Counted from the stretch's first letter, positions 12,680-22,690 are shown. The stretch: DNA of 60,204 nucleotides from Chloroflexota bacterium (GCA_051006215.1 JBPCIO010000151.1:1-60204); one strand, 5' to 3'. Numbers and translations are program-made. The notes: generated by a model not told the origin, from the letters alone.

Positions 12680-13531
12680 ATGTTTGAAGGTTTCAAGCTT
12701 GAGTTCGTTGATGTGGGGGAGGCGACGCTGCGGGTGCGGTACGGAGGCAGCGGTCCGCCGCTGCTGCTTTTGCATGGCCACCCCCAAACGCACGTCATGT
12801 GGCATCGCGTCGCGCCCCTGCTGGCGCACCACTTCACCGTCGTTGCCCCAGACCTGCGCGGATACGGCGACAGCTCGAAACCACCAACAACGCCCGACCA
12901 TGCGACCTACTCCAAGCGCGCCATGGCCAGAGACCAACTCGAGCTCATGCGACACTTTGGCTTTCAGAACTTCGGCGTCGCGGGGCACGACCGCGGCGGT
13001 CGGGTAGCCTACCGCCTGGCCCTGGACCATCCGCATGCGATCAGCAAAGTCGCTGTCCTGGACATCATCCCGACCGGCGAAGCGTTTCGGCGAGCCGATA
13101 TGCGCTTCGGGCTGGGGTACTGGCACTGGTTCTTCCTGGCCCAACCAGCGCCCTTTCCGGAGCAGATCATCGGTGCGAATCCGGAGGCGTACTACTTCCG
13201 TGATCGCACGCCGTTCGCCGAAGACGCGCTAGCGGATTATCTGCGCGTGGTGCGCGATCCGGCCACCATTCACGCCATGTGCGAGGACTATCGAGCTGGC
13301 GCAACGTTCGACTTCGCCCTGGACGAAGCGGACCGAGGCAACCGCCGCATTCAGAGCCCGCTGCAGGCGCTCTGGGCTCGGCGCGGTCCGCTCGAACGCT
13401 GGTACGACGTGCTGTCCATCTGGCGAGACTGGGCGCACGAGGTGAGCGGGCGCTCGCTCGACAGCGGCCATTACCTGGCCGAGGAGGCGCCGCAGGAAAC
13501 GGCTGCCGAGCTGCTCCAGTTCATGGCCTAG
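12680..13531 (+). CDS. Alpha/beta hydrolase, haloacetate (fluoroacetate) dehalogenase / epoxide hydrolase-like
   Basis: LLLLHGHPQTHVMW, Asp nucleophile in GHDRGGRV, YWHWFFLAQPAPFPE, MCEDYRAG. Confidence 0.7.
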   Translation: MFEGFKLEFVDVGEATLRVRYGGSGPPLLLLHGHPQTHVMWHRVAPLLAHHFTVVAPDLRGYGDSSKPPTTPDHATYSKRAMARDQLELMRHFGFQNFGVAGHDRGGRVAYRLALDHPHAISKVAVLDIIPTGEAFRRADMRFGLGYWHWFFLAQPAPFPEQIIGANPEAYYFRDRTPFAEDALADYLRVVRDPATIHAMCEDYRAGATFDFALDEADRGNRRIQSPLQALWARRGPLERWYDVLSIWRDWAHEVSGRSLDSGHYLAEEAPQETAAELLQFMA

Positions 13532-13555
13532 TCGCCTGGGTGCTGGGCGAGGAAA

Positions 13556-14461
13556 TCAGGCGAATTTCGGCAAGACGTGCTGCCTGTAGAACTCGAAGAA
13601 CCCGGTCTGATCGGGACCAACCTGGTGAACATAGACATGCTCGATCCCACAGTCCAGAAACTGTTGGATAGCATCGCAGTGCTGGCGCGGGTCAGGACCG
13701 CACACGACCGATTTGGCGACATCCTCTTCTCGCACCGTCGCGACCGCTTGTTCGAAATGACGAGGGAGCGGAAGTTCCTGGCTCAGTTCGCCCTCCACGG
13801 CCGCCTGAGGCCACCACTCGTAGGCGGTACGCCGCGCCGCGGCCTCGTCGCTGGCCCAGCACACGGTCACCTGACCATAGCTCGGCTTCTGTCTCCCGCC
13901 GCCCGACGAGAACGCCTCGACGACGCTGGCGTCTGGATGGGTGGTAATCAGGCCATCGCCCAGGCGGCCAGCAAGCTCGGCTGCCTGGGGGCCGCTGGCG
14001 GCGACGTACAGCGGCGGCAGTTGCGCTGGCAGCGTGTACAAACGCGCATGGTCAAGCGTGAAGTGCTTACCGGAAAAGCTCTGCTCTCCGCCTCGCCACA
14101 ACAAGCGGATGATCTCGATCGCCTCTTCGAGCATTGCTTGACGCACCGGGGCCGACGGCCAGCCCTGACCCACAATGTGCTCGTTCAGGTTTTCGCCAGA
14201 ACCCACCCCGAGGAAAAAGCGCCCGGGCATCATCGCCGACGACGTCGCGGCCGCCTGAGCGATGATGGCAGGGTGGCAGCGGATGGTCGGACACGTGACG
14301 CCAGTGCCCAGTCGCAGCCGAGCGGTCGCGTGCGCAATTGCCCCGATCACGGTCCACACAAACGGACTTTGACCCTGCCGATCGATCCACGGATGGAAGT
14401 GATCTGAAATCAGCGCAAACTCGAAGCCGGCCTGCTCGGCAGCCTGGGCATACCGCACCAA
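13556..14461 (-). CDS. LLM-class F420-dependent oxidoreductase (G6PDH-related subfamily); 5' end apparently frameshifted
   Basis: AGFEFALISDHFHPW, GTGVTCPTIRCHPAIIAQAAAT, FFLGVGSGENLNEH. The in-frame upstream peptide SKIGYALSCEEHAPLDL has no start codon. ATG 14511-14513 is in another frame. Confidence 0.75.
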   Translation of the reverse strand: MVRYAQAAEQAGFEFALISDHFHPWIDRQGQSPFVWTVIGAIAHATARLRLGTGVTCPTIRCHPAIIAQAAATSSAMMPGRFFLGVGSGENLNEHIVGQGWPSAPVRQAMLEEAIEIIRLLWRGGEQSFSGKHFTLDHARLYTLPAQLPPLYVAASGPQAAELAGRLGDGLITTHPDASVVEAFSSGGGRQKPSYGQVTVCWASDEAAARRTAYEWWPQAAVEGELSQELPLPRHFEQAVATVREEDVAKSVVCGPDPRQHCDAIQQFLDCGIEHVYVHQVGPDQTGFFEFYRQHVLPKFA

Positions 14462-14512
14462 GTCGAGCGGAGCGTGTTCTTCGCACGACAGCGCGTACCC
14501 AATTTTCGACCA

Positions 14513-16300
14513 TCAGTTGTATCCCTCGAGAGCAAGTTGGTGGCGGATCTGCGGAGCGTCGGGGTCGCCGCCGTCGAGCGCGCGCTGCAGCTTTTGGCGG
14601 TGCTCAGGCATCAGTTCTGGCGGCAGTGTCGGGACATTCGGATCGACGATTGCCTCGATCACGACCGGCCGATCTGCAGCCAGGGCTTCATCCCACGCCC
14701 GTCCGACCGCATCGGGGTGGTCGACCCGGATTGCCTTCAAGCCGATCATTTCCGCGTACCGCGCGTATGGAAACTCGGGCACGTCCTGCGACACGGAGAA
14801 CCTTGGATCTCCCTCCAGCACGCGCTGCTCCCATGAGACGTAGTTCAAATCGCCGTTGTTGAGGACGAGCACAATCAAGCGCGGATCCTGCCATTCGGTC
14901 CAGTATCTGGCAACCGAAAGCAAGCTGTTGATGCCGTTCATCTGCATCGACCCGTCTCCGACAAAGGCGATCGCCGGACGGTCAGGGTGCGCAAACTTGG
15001 CTGCCAGGGCGTACGGCACACCCGAGCCCATCGTCGCCAGTGTGCCCGAGAGCGAAGCGAGCATCCCGCGGCGGAGCTTCAGGTCGCGCGCGTACCAGAC
15101 CGTCGAACTGCCGCAGTCGCCGGCCAGCATGCAGTTGTCGGGCAGCCGCGCAGACAACTCCCAGAACACGTGTTGCGGATTGAGTGGCGTCGCCTCGTGG
15201 GAGGCTCGTCGCTCGGCCTCGGCCCACCACTCTCGAACGAGCTGTTCCACATGCTCGCGCCATGCTCCGCTCGCTCTGGGTGTGAGTAACGGTGCCAGAG
15301 CGCGGAGCGTCTCGGCACTGTCGCCTACCAGATTCACCTCGGTTGGATACCGCAAGCCGAGGTTGCGGCCATCGAGGTCGATCTGGACTCCGCGCGCGCG
15401 GCCTTCCTTGGGCAGGAACTCCGTATACGGGAAGGACGAGCCGACGATGAGCAACGTATCGCACTCGGCGAACATGACGTTGCTCGCCCGGGTCCCCAGC
15501 CAGCCGGCGGACCCGGTCACGAAGGGCAGATCGTCAGGCACAGCGGCCTTGCCGAGAAGCGCTTTGGCTACGCCTGCTCCCAGCGTTTCCGCAACCTGGA
15601 TGACTTCGTCTGTAGCTGCCAGGGCGCCCGCCCCGACGAGCATCGCCACCCGTTCGCCAGCGTTGAGCACGTCCGCCGCGCGTCGCAGGTCATCCTCACG
15701 CGGCACCACCCGTGGTGCTGACCAGCCGACGCTGGAATGGATCGAGCCATGCACGTGAGGCGGCTCGGCGACCGCCTCCTGGCGCTGCAGATCGTTGGGC
15801 ACGATAACGCACGTCACCGAGCGCCCCTCCAGCGCGATCCTGAAGGCGCGGTCGACGAGATGTCTGACCTGGGCCGGCTCGGTCGCCATCTGGACGAAAC
15901 TGCCAGCCACATCTTTGAAGAGCGACTGCAGATCCAACTCTTGCTGGTACCGGCCGCCAATGGACATGAGCGACTGCTGGCCGACGATCGCGACCACCGG
16001 CTGGTGGTCGAGATTGGCATCGTAGAGCCCATTCAGCAGGTGGATTGCGCCGGGGCCCGAAGTAGCCAGGCACACTCCAACGCTGCCCGTGTACTTGGCG
16101 TGGGCGGTGGCCATGAACGCGGCGATTTCCTCGTGCGGTGTAGCGATGAAGCGGGGCCGGTTGCCGGCCCGCTGGATTCCGCCAATGATGCCGTTGATAC
16201 CATCGCCGGCGTAGCCGTAGATGCGTTCTACGCCCCAGTCACGCAGCCGGCGCACGATGAAATCACCGACCGTGGGCGTGTGCGAGTTCTTGTCAGCCAT
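14513..16300 (-). CDS. Thiamine-pyrophosphate enzyme, pyruvate oxidase / pyruvate dehydrogenase (quinone) PoxB-like
   Basis: 595 aa. N-terminal TPP-Pyr domain (GVERIYGYAGDGINGI, CLATSGPGAIHLLNGLYDA). TPP-binding GDGSMQMNG...NNGDLN. Confidence 0.8.
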   Translation of the reverse strand: MADKNSHTPTVGDFIVRRLRDWGVERIYGYAGDGINGIIGGIQRAGNRPRFIATPHEEIAAFMATAHAKYTGSVGVCLATSGPGAIHLLNGLYDANLDHQPVVAIVGQQSLMSIGGRYQQELDLQSLFKDVAGSFVQMATEPAQVRHLVDRAFRIALEGRSVTCVIVPNDLQRQEAVAEPPHVHGSIHSSVGWSAPRVVPREDDLRRAADVLNAGERVAMLVGAGALAATDEVIQVAETLGAGVAKALLGKAAVPDDLPFVTGSAGWLGTRASNVMFAECDTLLIVGSSFPYTEFLPKEGRARGVQIDLDGRNLGLRYPTEVNLVGDSAETLRALAPLLTPRASGAWREHVEQLVREWWAEAERRASHEATPLNPQHVFWELSARLPDNCMLAGDCGSSTVWYARDLKLRRGMLASLSGTLATMGSGVPYALAAKFAHPDRPAIAFVGDGSMQMNGINSLLSVARYWTEWQDPRLIVLVLNNGDLNYVSWEQRVLEGDPRFSVSQDVPEFPYARYAEMIGLKAIRVDHPDAVGRAWDEALAADRPVVIEAIVDPNVPTLPPELMPEHRQKLQRALDGGDPDAPQIRHQLALEGYN

Positions 16301-16454
16301 CGTCCTGATTCCACACGCAATTGGCGCAGCGCCTCACGCGCTGGTAGTCTACGGAGGTTCTGCTGCCGTGTCGAGCCAAGGCACTCGCGCTGACGGCTGA
16401 GGGGCCCGACTACCAACAGCAGCAAATCGCACTCGCGGGGGGACTCTCATCGCC

Positions 16455-17570
16455 ATGCCAGATACGACTACCAACCCATCACACGAGCACGTCGAACTCA
16501 CGCGACGGGCGTGGCTCGGCAAAATGTCCGCGCTGTCGATGCTGGCGCTGGGCGCCAGCGCCCTCGAGGCCTGTACGCCAGCACCCCAGGCCGCTGCGCC
16601 GGCTCAGACAGCGGTCGTTGCGGCTGCAGCTCAGCCGACGGTCGCCGCAGCAGTCGCGGCGGTAGCGGCGGCGGCTGGCGTCCAGGCCGGCGGCAAGCCG
16701 CTCAAGGCTGCGTTCTCGAACGCCGGCTTGGGCGCGACCTGGTGCGCGCAGGGCAAAGAGGCGGCCGAGCAGTGGGGCAAGTGGTTCAACGTCGAGATCA
16801 CCTGGTTCGACGGCGGCCTGAGCGTCGACAAGCAGCGCAAAGCGATCGAGGACATGTCGGCCTCGAAGTGGGACTTCGTCGCCATCCAACCGTTCGGCAT
16901 CGGCACGCTGGTCGACCCGGTCAAGCGCATGATTGATGCGGGCATTCCGGTCATTCAAATGGACACCCAGATTGCCCCACCGGAGGCGAACCTGCCGGTC
17001 CTGACGTTCCTCGAACCAGACAACGTGTACATGGGCGAGGTGTCAACCGATGCGATGCTCCAGGCGATCGGCGGCAAAGGCGACGTGATCATGACCCAGG
17101 GCGCAGCCGGGCATACGGGTGCGCAGGGTCGCGCGCAGGGGTTCAAGAACATCATCGCCAAGTACCCGGGTGTGAACGTCGTCGCCCAGGACTTTGCGGA
17201 TTGGGACGTCAACAAGGTTGCCCAGCTCTGGGAGGACTACCTGGTCAAGTACCCCAACGTGAAGGGCGCCTTTTTCCACAATGACGACATGGCTCTGGCC
17301 GCCGCCAAGATTGCCAAGAACGCTGGCAAGGACGTAAAGATGTCCGGCGTGGACGCCATGCCACCGGCCGTCGAGGCGGTCGCCAACGGGTCGCTGGTGG
17401 CGTCGGTCCGCAATCCATCTTCACGTATTCACTGGGGCGCCGTGTTGATCGGCTGGCTGTATGCGAATGGTGAAAAGAGCGTCCCGCCGTACATTCTCAT
17501 GGATGGTCCGGTGGTGACCCAGAAGAACGCACCGGGCCTGCTGTTCGAGCAGAAGCACTTTTTCATCTAG
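16455..17570 (+). CDS. Sugar ABC transporter periplasmic binding protein (RbsB/type-I PBP), Tat/lipoprotein signal
   Basis: TRRAWLGKMSALSMLALGASALEAC signal and an Ala-rich linker. Followed by a duplicated ATPase and an RbsC-type permease. Confidence 0.8.
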   Translation: MPDTTTNPSHEHVELTRRAWLGKMSALSMLALGASALEACTPAPQAAAPAQTAVVAAAAQPTVAAAVAAVAAAAGVQAGGKPLKAAFSNAGLGATWCAQGKEAAEQWGKWFNVEITWFDGGLSVDKQRKAIEDMSASKWDFVAIQPFGIGTLVDPVKRMIDAGIPVIQMDTQIAPPEANLPVLTFLEPDNVYMGEVSTDAMLQAIGGKGDVIMTQGAAGHTGAQGRAQGFKNIIAKYPGVNVVAQDFADWDVNKVAQLWEDYLVKYPNVKGAFFHNDDMALAAAKIAKNAGKDVKMSGVDAMPPAVEAVANGSLVASVRNPSSRIHWGAVLIGWLYANGEKSVPPYILMDGPVVTQKNAPGLLFEQKHFFI

Positions 17571-17655
17571 GACCAGTTACGCGGCATCCTCCACGCTGCG
17601 CCAGGACCGTACGACGGGCTGCGCTGCCTCAGGGGTGACGGGTGAGACACACGTC

Positions 17656-19173
17656 ATGACGCAGACCGCCACGCCGGTACTCGAGCTCCGGGGAGTTTCG
17701 AAGCGCTTTGGAGGTGCGGAGGCGCTGGCTGACCTCGACTTCGCTCTGCGGCCCGGGGAAATTCACGGCCTGCTGGGCGAAAACGGCGCCGGCAAGTCCA
17801 CGCTGGTCAAAATCCTGGCGGGCGCCCAGCGCGAGTACGACGGAGAGCTGCTGGTGCGTGGCCGGCCGATCCGTTTTGGCTCGCCGGCCGAGGCCAAAGC
17901 CGCCGGCATCGGCATGGTGTACCAGGAGCTGAGCCTGTTCAAGACGCTGTCGGTGGCCGAGAACATCTTCTCCAGCCGGCCGCCGGCGCGACTGGGCCCG
18001 TTGAAAGCAATCGATTGGCGCCGCTTGCACGCAGAGGCGCGGCGGCATCTGCGCGATCTGGGCCTGGACCTGGACGAACGCACACCGGTCGGCACGTTGC
18101 CGGTGGGCATCCAACAGATGGTCGAAATTGCGCGCGTGCTTTTTTCAGGCGCCGAGGTGATCATCCTGGACGAGCCGACCTCAGCGCTGTCGCCACCGGA
18201 AGCGGAGCTCCTGTTCGGGTTCGTCAGGCGCCTGCGCGCTCAAGGCCGTAGCCTGATTCTGATCACTCACTTCATCGAGGACGCGCTGCGCCTCGCGGAC
18301 CGCGTGACCATTCTGAAAAACGGGCGCCGGGTGGCCACGCTCGACTCAGCAGTGACCTCCGTCGACGACGTGATCCGGCTGATGATCGGAGAGGACGCGC
18401 GCATCCTCCGCAGGACGTACGAGGACGAACGCACCAATCTCCGTCAACAGGCTGACCACGCCAGCGCGGTCGTGCTCGAAGTGAAGGGCCTCTCGCGGCG
18501 GGGCGTCTTCGACAACATCAACTTCAGCGTTCGCGCCGGCGAAATCCTGGGCGTCTACGGCTATGTTGGGGCGGGTCATTCGGAGGTGGCCAACACCCTG
18601 TTCGGGCTGCACCAGCCGGACGCCGGACAGATCCTGGTCGATGCAAAGCCGGTCCGCATCGGCTCTTCGACGCAGGCCAAGAGCCTCGGTTTCGGCTACG
18701 TGCCTGAGAACCGTCGAAGCGCCCTGTCGTTGCGCAACGAGATATTCAAGAACATCTCGCTTGCACACCTGGGCAGGCTGACCGGCTGGCTGCTACGCCC
18801 CAAGCGCGAAATTGCCATCGCCCGGGACCAGATTCAGCGGGTCGGGATCCGGCCGCCCGAGCCACTCCTACTGGTTGGCGCTCTGAGCGGCGGCAATCAG
18901 CAAAAGACGCTGCTTGCCAAGTGGCTGGTCCGCAAGCCGCGCCTGCTCATTCTGGTCGAGCCCACCCGCGGAATGGACGTGGGCGCCAAGGATGAGGTCC
19001 TGGAAACGATTCTCAAGTTGCGCGACGACGGCGTCGCGGTGCTCTTGATTTCCAGCGAACCCGAGACAATCATCGCCAACAGCGATCGCATTCTAGTGAT
19101 GTCGAAGGGGCGCATCAGCCAACAATTCTCGGATGAAGAGGTCACCAAAACTGCGTTGTTGAGGTCGGCGTGA
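17656..19173 (+). CDS. Sugar ABC transporter ATP-binding protein with two ATPase domains (RbsA-like)
   Basis: Walker A GENGAGKST, signatures and Walker B (IIILDEPTSAL; LSGGNQQK...LLILVEPTRGMD). An alternative GTG start lies at 17635. Confidence 0.9.
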   Translation: MTQTATPVLELRGVSKRFGGAEALADLDFALRPGEIHGLLGENGAGKSTLVKILAGAQREYDGELLVRGRPIRFGSPAEAKAAGIGMVYQELSLFKTLSVAENIFSSRPPARLGPLKAIDWRRLHAEARRHLRDLGLDLDERTPVGTLPVGIQQMVEIARVLFSGAEVIILDEPTSALSPPEAELLFGFVRRLRAQGRSLILITHFIEDALRLADRVTILKNGRRVATLDSAVTSVDDVIRLMIGEDARILRRTYEDERTNLRQQADHASAVVLEVKGLSRRGVFDNINFSVRAGEILGVYGYVGAGHSEVANTLFGLHQPDAGQILVDAKPVRIGSSTQAKSLGFGYVPENRRSALSLRNEIFKNISLAHLGRLTGWLLRPKREIAIARDQIQRVGIRPPEPLLLVGALSGGNQQKTLLAKWLVRKPRLLILVEPTRGMDVGAKDEVLETILKLRDDGVAVLLISSEPETIIANSDRILVMSKGRISQQFSDEEVTKTALLRSA

Positions 19174-20243
19174 ATCTGATCAAGCCGCGTGCCCCAGCTG
19201 GGCAGCCGGGCGCGACTGCGCCGCTGCCCGACGCCCCCCACCGGACCACCCCGGCTGCCTGGCTCAGCCGTCGCTCACGTGACCTGGCACCACTCATCGT
19301 CCTGATGGTGCTGGTGGTGTTCTTCAGCCTGGCCGCACCAACCACGTTCCTGTCGCCGCTCAACCTGCGCAACGTCCTGGCCCAGGTGGCTACGCTGGCA
19401 GTCGTTTCGACGGGCGTCACGTTTGTGCTGCTGCTGGGCGAGATCGACCTCTCGATCGCGTCGATGGCGACGATGACCGGTGTCATCGCAACGATGCTGT
19501 ACGAGGGCGCGCGGTTCGCCCTGCCGATGGGGCAGGTGGCCCTGCAGCTACCGATGATTCCGTCGGTGCTCGTGGCCTGGAGCATCGCCGTCGCGCTGGG
19601 CGCCTTTAGTGGTCTGGTCGCGACGCGGGTAGGCGTGCCCACGTTCATGACCACGCTGGCAATGCTGCAAATCACCGACGGCATCGCCCTGTACTGGACC
19701 AAAGGCAGCATCAAATACACTGTCCCGCCGATCCTGACCTCGCTCGGCAGCGACTATATTGGCCCGCTGCCCGCAGTCGTCGTAGTTGCCGCGGTGGTGC
19801 TGCTGATCGGGCACCTGGTGCTGACGCAGACGCGCTTTGGACGGTATGTGTATATGACCGGCGCGAGCCGTGAGGCCGCTGAGCTTTCGGGCGTCAACAC
19901 ACGCAGAGTTGTGCTGACGTGCTTCGCACTGACCGCGCTGCTCGCAGGACTGGCTGGCATGCTGAACGTAGGTCGGCTGGGCAGCGCTCAGGCATATGGC
20001 CTCTCAGACATGCTGCTCGACAGCATCGCCGCGGCCGTGCTGGGCGGCACGTCGCTGTTCGGCGGCGAGGGCGGCATCCCAAATACGATCATCGGCTTGT
20101 TGATCTTCGGCGTGCTGAACAATGGACTGAACCTGATCCAGGTGGACATCTACTTGAAGCCCTGGGTGCGCGGCGTCATCCTGCTGATCGCCCTGGTTAT
20201 CAACGTGTACGCCCTCCGCCTGCGCACGCGCGCCAGTCGCTGA
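19170..20243 (+). CDS. Sugar ABC transporter permease (RbsC/AraH family)
   Basis: Start overlaps the preceding stop (GTGA). 357 aa polytopic. GGTSLFGGEGGI motif. Confidence 0.85.
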   Translation: MNLIKPRAPAGQPGATAPLPDAPHRTTPAAWLSRRSRDLAPLIVLMVLVVFFSLAAPTTFLSPLNLRNVLAQVATLAVVSTGVTFVLLLGEIDLSIASMATMTGVIATMLYEGARFALPMGQVALQLPMIPSVLVAWSIAVALGAFSGLVATRVGVPTFMTTLAMLQITDGIALYWTKGSIKYTVPPILTSLGSDYIGPLPAVVVVAAVVLLIGHLVLTQTRFGRYVYMTGASREAAELSGVNTRRVVLTCFALTALLAGLAGMLNVGRLGSAQAYGLSDMLLDSIAAAVLGGTSLFGGEGGIPNTIIGLLIFGVLNNGLNLIQVDIYLKPWVRGVILLIALVINVYALRLRTRASR

Positions 20244-20248
20244 AGCGA

Positions 20249-21178
20249 ATGAGCGATGCCAGCTCCAGCGACGGAGCAGCCGACACCGGGCCTGAGCTGG
20301 AGGAGATCGCCAGCGAGCTCTACGCGCTCCAGCCTGAGGCCTTCGCAGCGGCCCGGGACGAGCAGATCCGTAAAGCCCGCTCGACCGGTCGGCAGCCGCT
20401 CGCTCGCGAGTTGAGCCGGCTGCGCCGACCCACCCAGAGCGCCTGGCTCATCAACGCGTTGTGGCGCGACCAACGCGACATCGTCCAACAGTTCCTCCAG
20501 CTTGCCGACGAGCTCAGTCGCGCTCAGACCGCGGCGTCGGCCCCGGAGCTGCAGCGCCTGAGCGGACAACGGCGCGAGTTGGAGGCGGCGCTTCTGCGCG
20601 CTGCCCGCGGCCTGGCACGCGAGGCCGGCGTCGACGTCAGCGGGAGTATGGAACGCGAAGCGCAAGAAACCCTGTCGGCCGCACTGGCGCAGCCTGACGT
20701 CGCACAAGCGGTGCGCACCGGGCGGCTCGTCAAGCCTGCGGCGTACGCCGGCTTTGGCGTCCTGATTCCGGCGGGTGCCGCGCGTGCGCCGGAGCCGGCC
20801 AAACCGGTCGTTCCGATACAGCCCGAGCTCGATGACCACGACGCGCTGGCGGCTCGGCGCGAACGGCAGCGTCGCCAGGCAGCCGAACGTGACGTGCATG
20901 CCGCGCGCACTGCCCTCGATGCCGCAGCCGAGAGATTGGCGGAGCAAGAACGCGCCGCGACCCAAGCGCACCGGCAGCACCAGGTCGCGGTCGAGGAAGT
21001 GGCGCAGGTACAGGCGCAGCTGCAACAGCTCCAGGACCGCCTACGCCAGCTCCAGACAGCCGTCGCCGACGCCGAGCGAGCCTCCGCCAGCGCGGCGACG
21101 CAACGGCAGCAGGTCAGCCAGGCCCACCAAACCGCTGTCGAAACACTCCAGCGCGCTGAGCACCAGGCCCGGGTATAG
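20249..21178 (+). CDS. Hypothetical protein with a C-terminal coiled coil
   Basis: ATG 20249 lies just after the permease stop. The C-terminus is Ala/Gln/Glu heptad-like. The 19919 start in the ORF track overlaps the permease and is discounted. Confidence 0.55.
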   Translation: MSDASSSDGAADTGPELEEIASELYALQPEAFAAARDEQIRKARSTGRQPLARELSRLRRPTQSAWLINALWRDQRDIVQQFLQLADELSRAQTAASAPELQRLSGQRRELEAALLRAARGLAREAGVDVSGSMEREAQETLSAALAQPDVAQAVRTGRLVKPAAYAGFGVLIPAGAARAPEPAKPVVPIQPELDDHDALAARRERQRRQAAERDVHAARTALDAAAERLAEQERAATQAHRQHQVAVEEVAQVQAQLQQLQDRLRQLQTAVADAERASASAATQRQQVSQAHQTAVETLQRAEHQARV

Positions 21179-21648
21179 AACGCTTCAGCACATGACGACA
21201 TGTGCGCCCGGTTGCGTAATTACCTGCACCCCAATATTGCTCGGGCATGAGTTTGAAAGTGCCCACTCCAGCCGCAGCGTGTTGCGCGAATCTGTTTCTA
21301 GGCGTTGAGCGCTTGGCTGCCGATGCCACGGCTTCACCCCGGTGATTCGGCATTCCTGACACCCGAGCCCCAGGCGGTCAACACCACCGCGGGCCGAAGG
21401 CAGGCGGTCGACGCCAGGTGGTGCGGCATTCACACCGCGGTGCTAGCCAGGTTGGCAGCGAAAGGCTCCAGCATGAACGCGTAGTCGGGCGGGTTGACCA
21501 CGCGTCTGATTGGAACGCCGTCAGTCACAGAGATTCCCAGGGCATTGCCGGGTAGCAGCTCCCACGAGTCTTGTTCTGTACGTCGTGGGAACTCCTGGCC
21601 TGCGAGGCGCCATGGGTCTCCAAATGAACGTGTTTTCGCAGCTATGGT

Positions 21649-22335
21649 TCAGACCATGCGCGGTTCGGTGGTAGATGCGGCTGCGGCGGACGCAGGCGGG
21701 TCCTGGTCGAGTCGCTCGACGTCGACGCGCGCGCGGGCGACGATCTCGCGCAGCCGCTTCAGACGCTCAGGGTCCTTGAGCGCAGCCCGCGTGCCCTGTC
21801 GGAAGAGGGCTCGCGCCAGTTCACGCAGCTCGTGCATGAGGTCTGCCGTTTCAGGCCGCTGGGCGGCGTCCCAGCCGGCGGCGATCCGCGAACGGATATC
21901 GTCCATGGTCGAGGCTTGCTCGGTGAGGTAGCGGCGGCCCTCGTCGGTGATCGAATACACCTTCTTGCCCTCGAGTTGGTTCGAGGTGACATAGCCCAGG
22001 TCCTCGAGCATTTGCAGGGTCGGGTAGACCGAGCCGGGGCTGGGTCGGTAACGGCCGCCCATGCGGTCTTCGAGAGCGCGAATGATGTCGTAGCCGTGGC
22101 GCGGCTGGTCCTTGAGCAGATCCAGGATCACGTACTTCAGGTCACCCCGACCGAAGGGGCGTTCGCCGGAACCGGGGCCACCGGAGCCCTGATTGAAGCC
22201 ACCGAAGCCGCCCCAGCGGCGACCGAATTGCCCGAACGGCCAGTCCGGCGGGGGCTCGCCGTCCGCCCAGCGACGGTGAGGTCCAAAAAAGGCGGAACCG
22301 AAATGGGCGCGATGGTGTTGACGAGGTCCGAACAT
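21649..22335 (-). CDS. PadR-family transcriptional regulator with a Gly-rich N-terminal tail
   Basis: GGAGGAG RBS before ATG 22335. Winged-helix core LKYVILDLLKDQPRHGYDIIRALEDR...SPGSVYPTLQMLEDLGYV. Confidence 0.85.
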   Translation of the reverse strand: MFGPRQHHRAHFGSAFFGPHRRWADGEPPPDWPFGQFGRRWGGFGGFNQGSGGPGSGERPFGRGDLKYVILDLLKDQPRHGYDIIRALEDRMGGRYRPSPGSVYPTLQMLEDLGYVTSNQLEGKKVYSITDEGRRYLTEQASTMDDIRSRIAAGWDAAQRPETADLMHELRELARALFRQGTRAALKDPERLKRLREIVARARVDVERLDQDPPASAAAASTTEPRMV

Positions 22336-22357
22336 GAGACTCCTCCACAAGAATGTA

Positions 22358-22379
22358 GCGATATATCGCCGATATATCG
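22358..22379. promoter_or_regulatory. Operator-like tandem palindromes upstream of padR
   Basis: GCGATATATCGC followed by CGATATATCG, 23-44 nt upstream of the PadR start. Confidence 0.45.
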
Positions 22380-22690
22380 TTATCGTACGCCTGGGAGGTG
22401 CCGCCGTCAACAATTCCGAGGCGCGTACTGCGGTCCAATTCAGCCGTACAGCAGGCGTTAGACCTGACAGACCAGATGCGTGCAATTGAGTCCGAACGCG
22501 GTGAATTCCCGCTCCGCGGTTCGCCGCAACCACACCCCGGTCCGCGCGGTCTGGCCGGCCCAGGGAAGCGATGACGCCTCGTCTACGGCAATCTCGACGT
22601 TTCGCCGAGCCGAATGTTTTTGGACCAGTCCCAGGTGGCGCTACTCCTCGGGCGGAGCCTGCAGGCCCCACTCGGCTGGGCTGCCGGAGG

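Noticed and set aside
16600-16700. Repetitive GCN-rich DNA
   Set aside because: It simply encodes the Ala-rich linker after the lipoprotein signal of the binding protein. Similar linkers occur at 4730-4810 and 39590-39830. It is not a non-coding repeat.
19919-20248. N-terminal 110 codons of ORF 19919..21178
   Set aside because: It overlaps the RbsC-type permease in another frame. A clean ATG at 20249, just after the permease stop, gives a sensible protein.
21192-21308. Small Cys/Thr-rich ORF (MTTCAPGCVITCTPILLG...) as a possible RiPP precursor
   Set aside because: There is no RBS and no modifying enzymes nearby. The Cys/Thr cluster is at the N-terminus rather than in a C-terminal core. It is the tail of a long shadow ORF.
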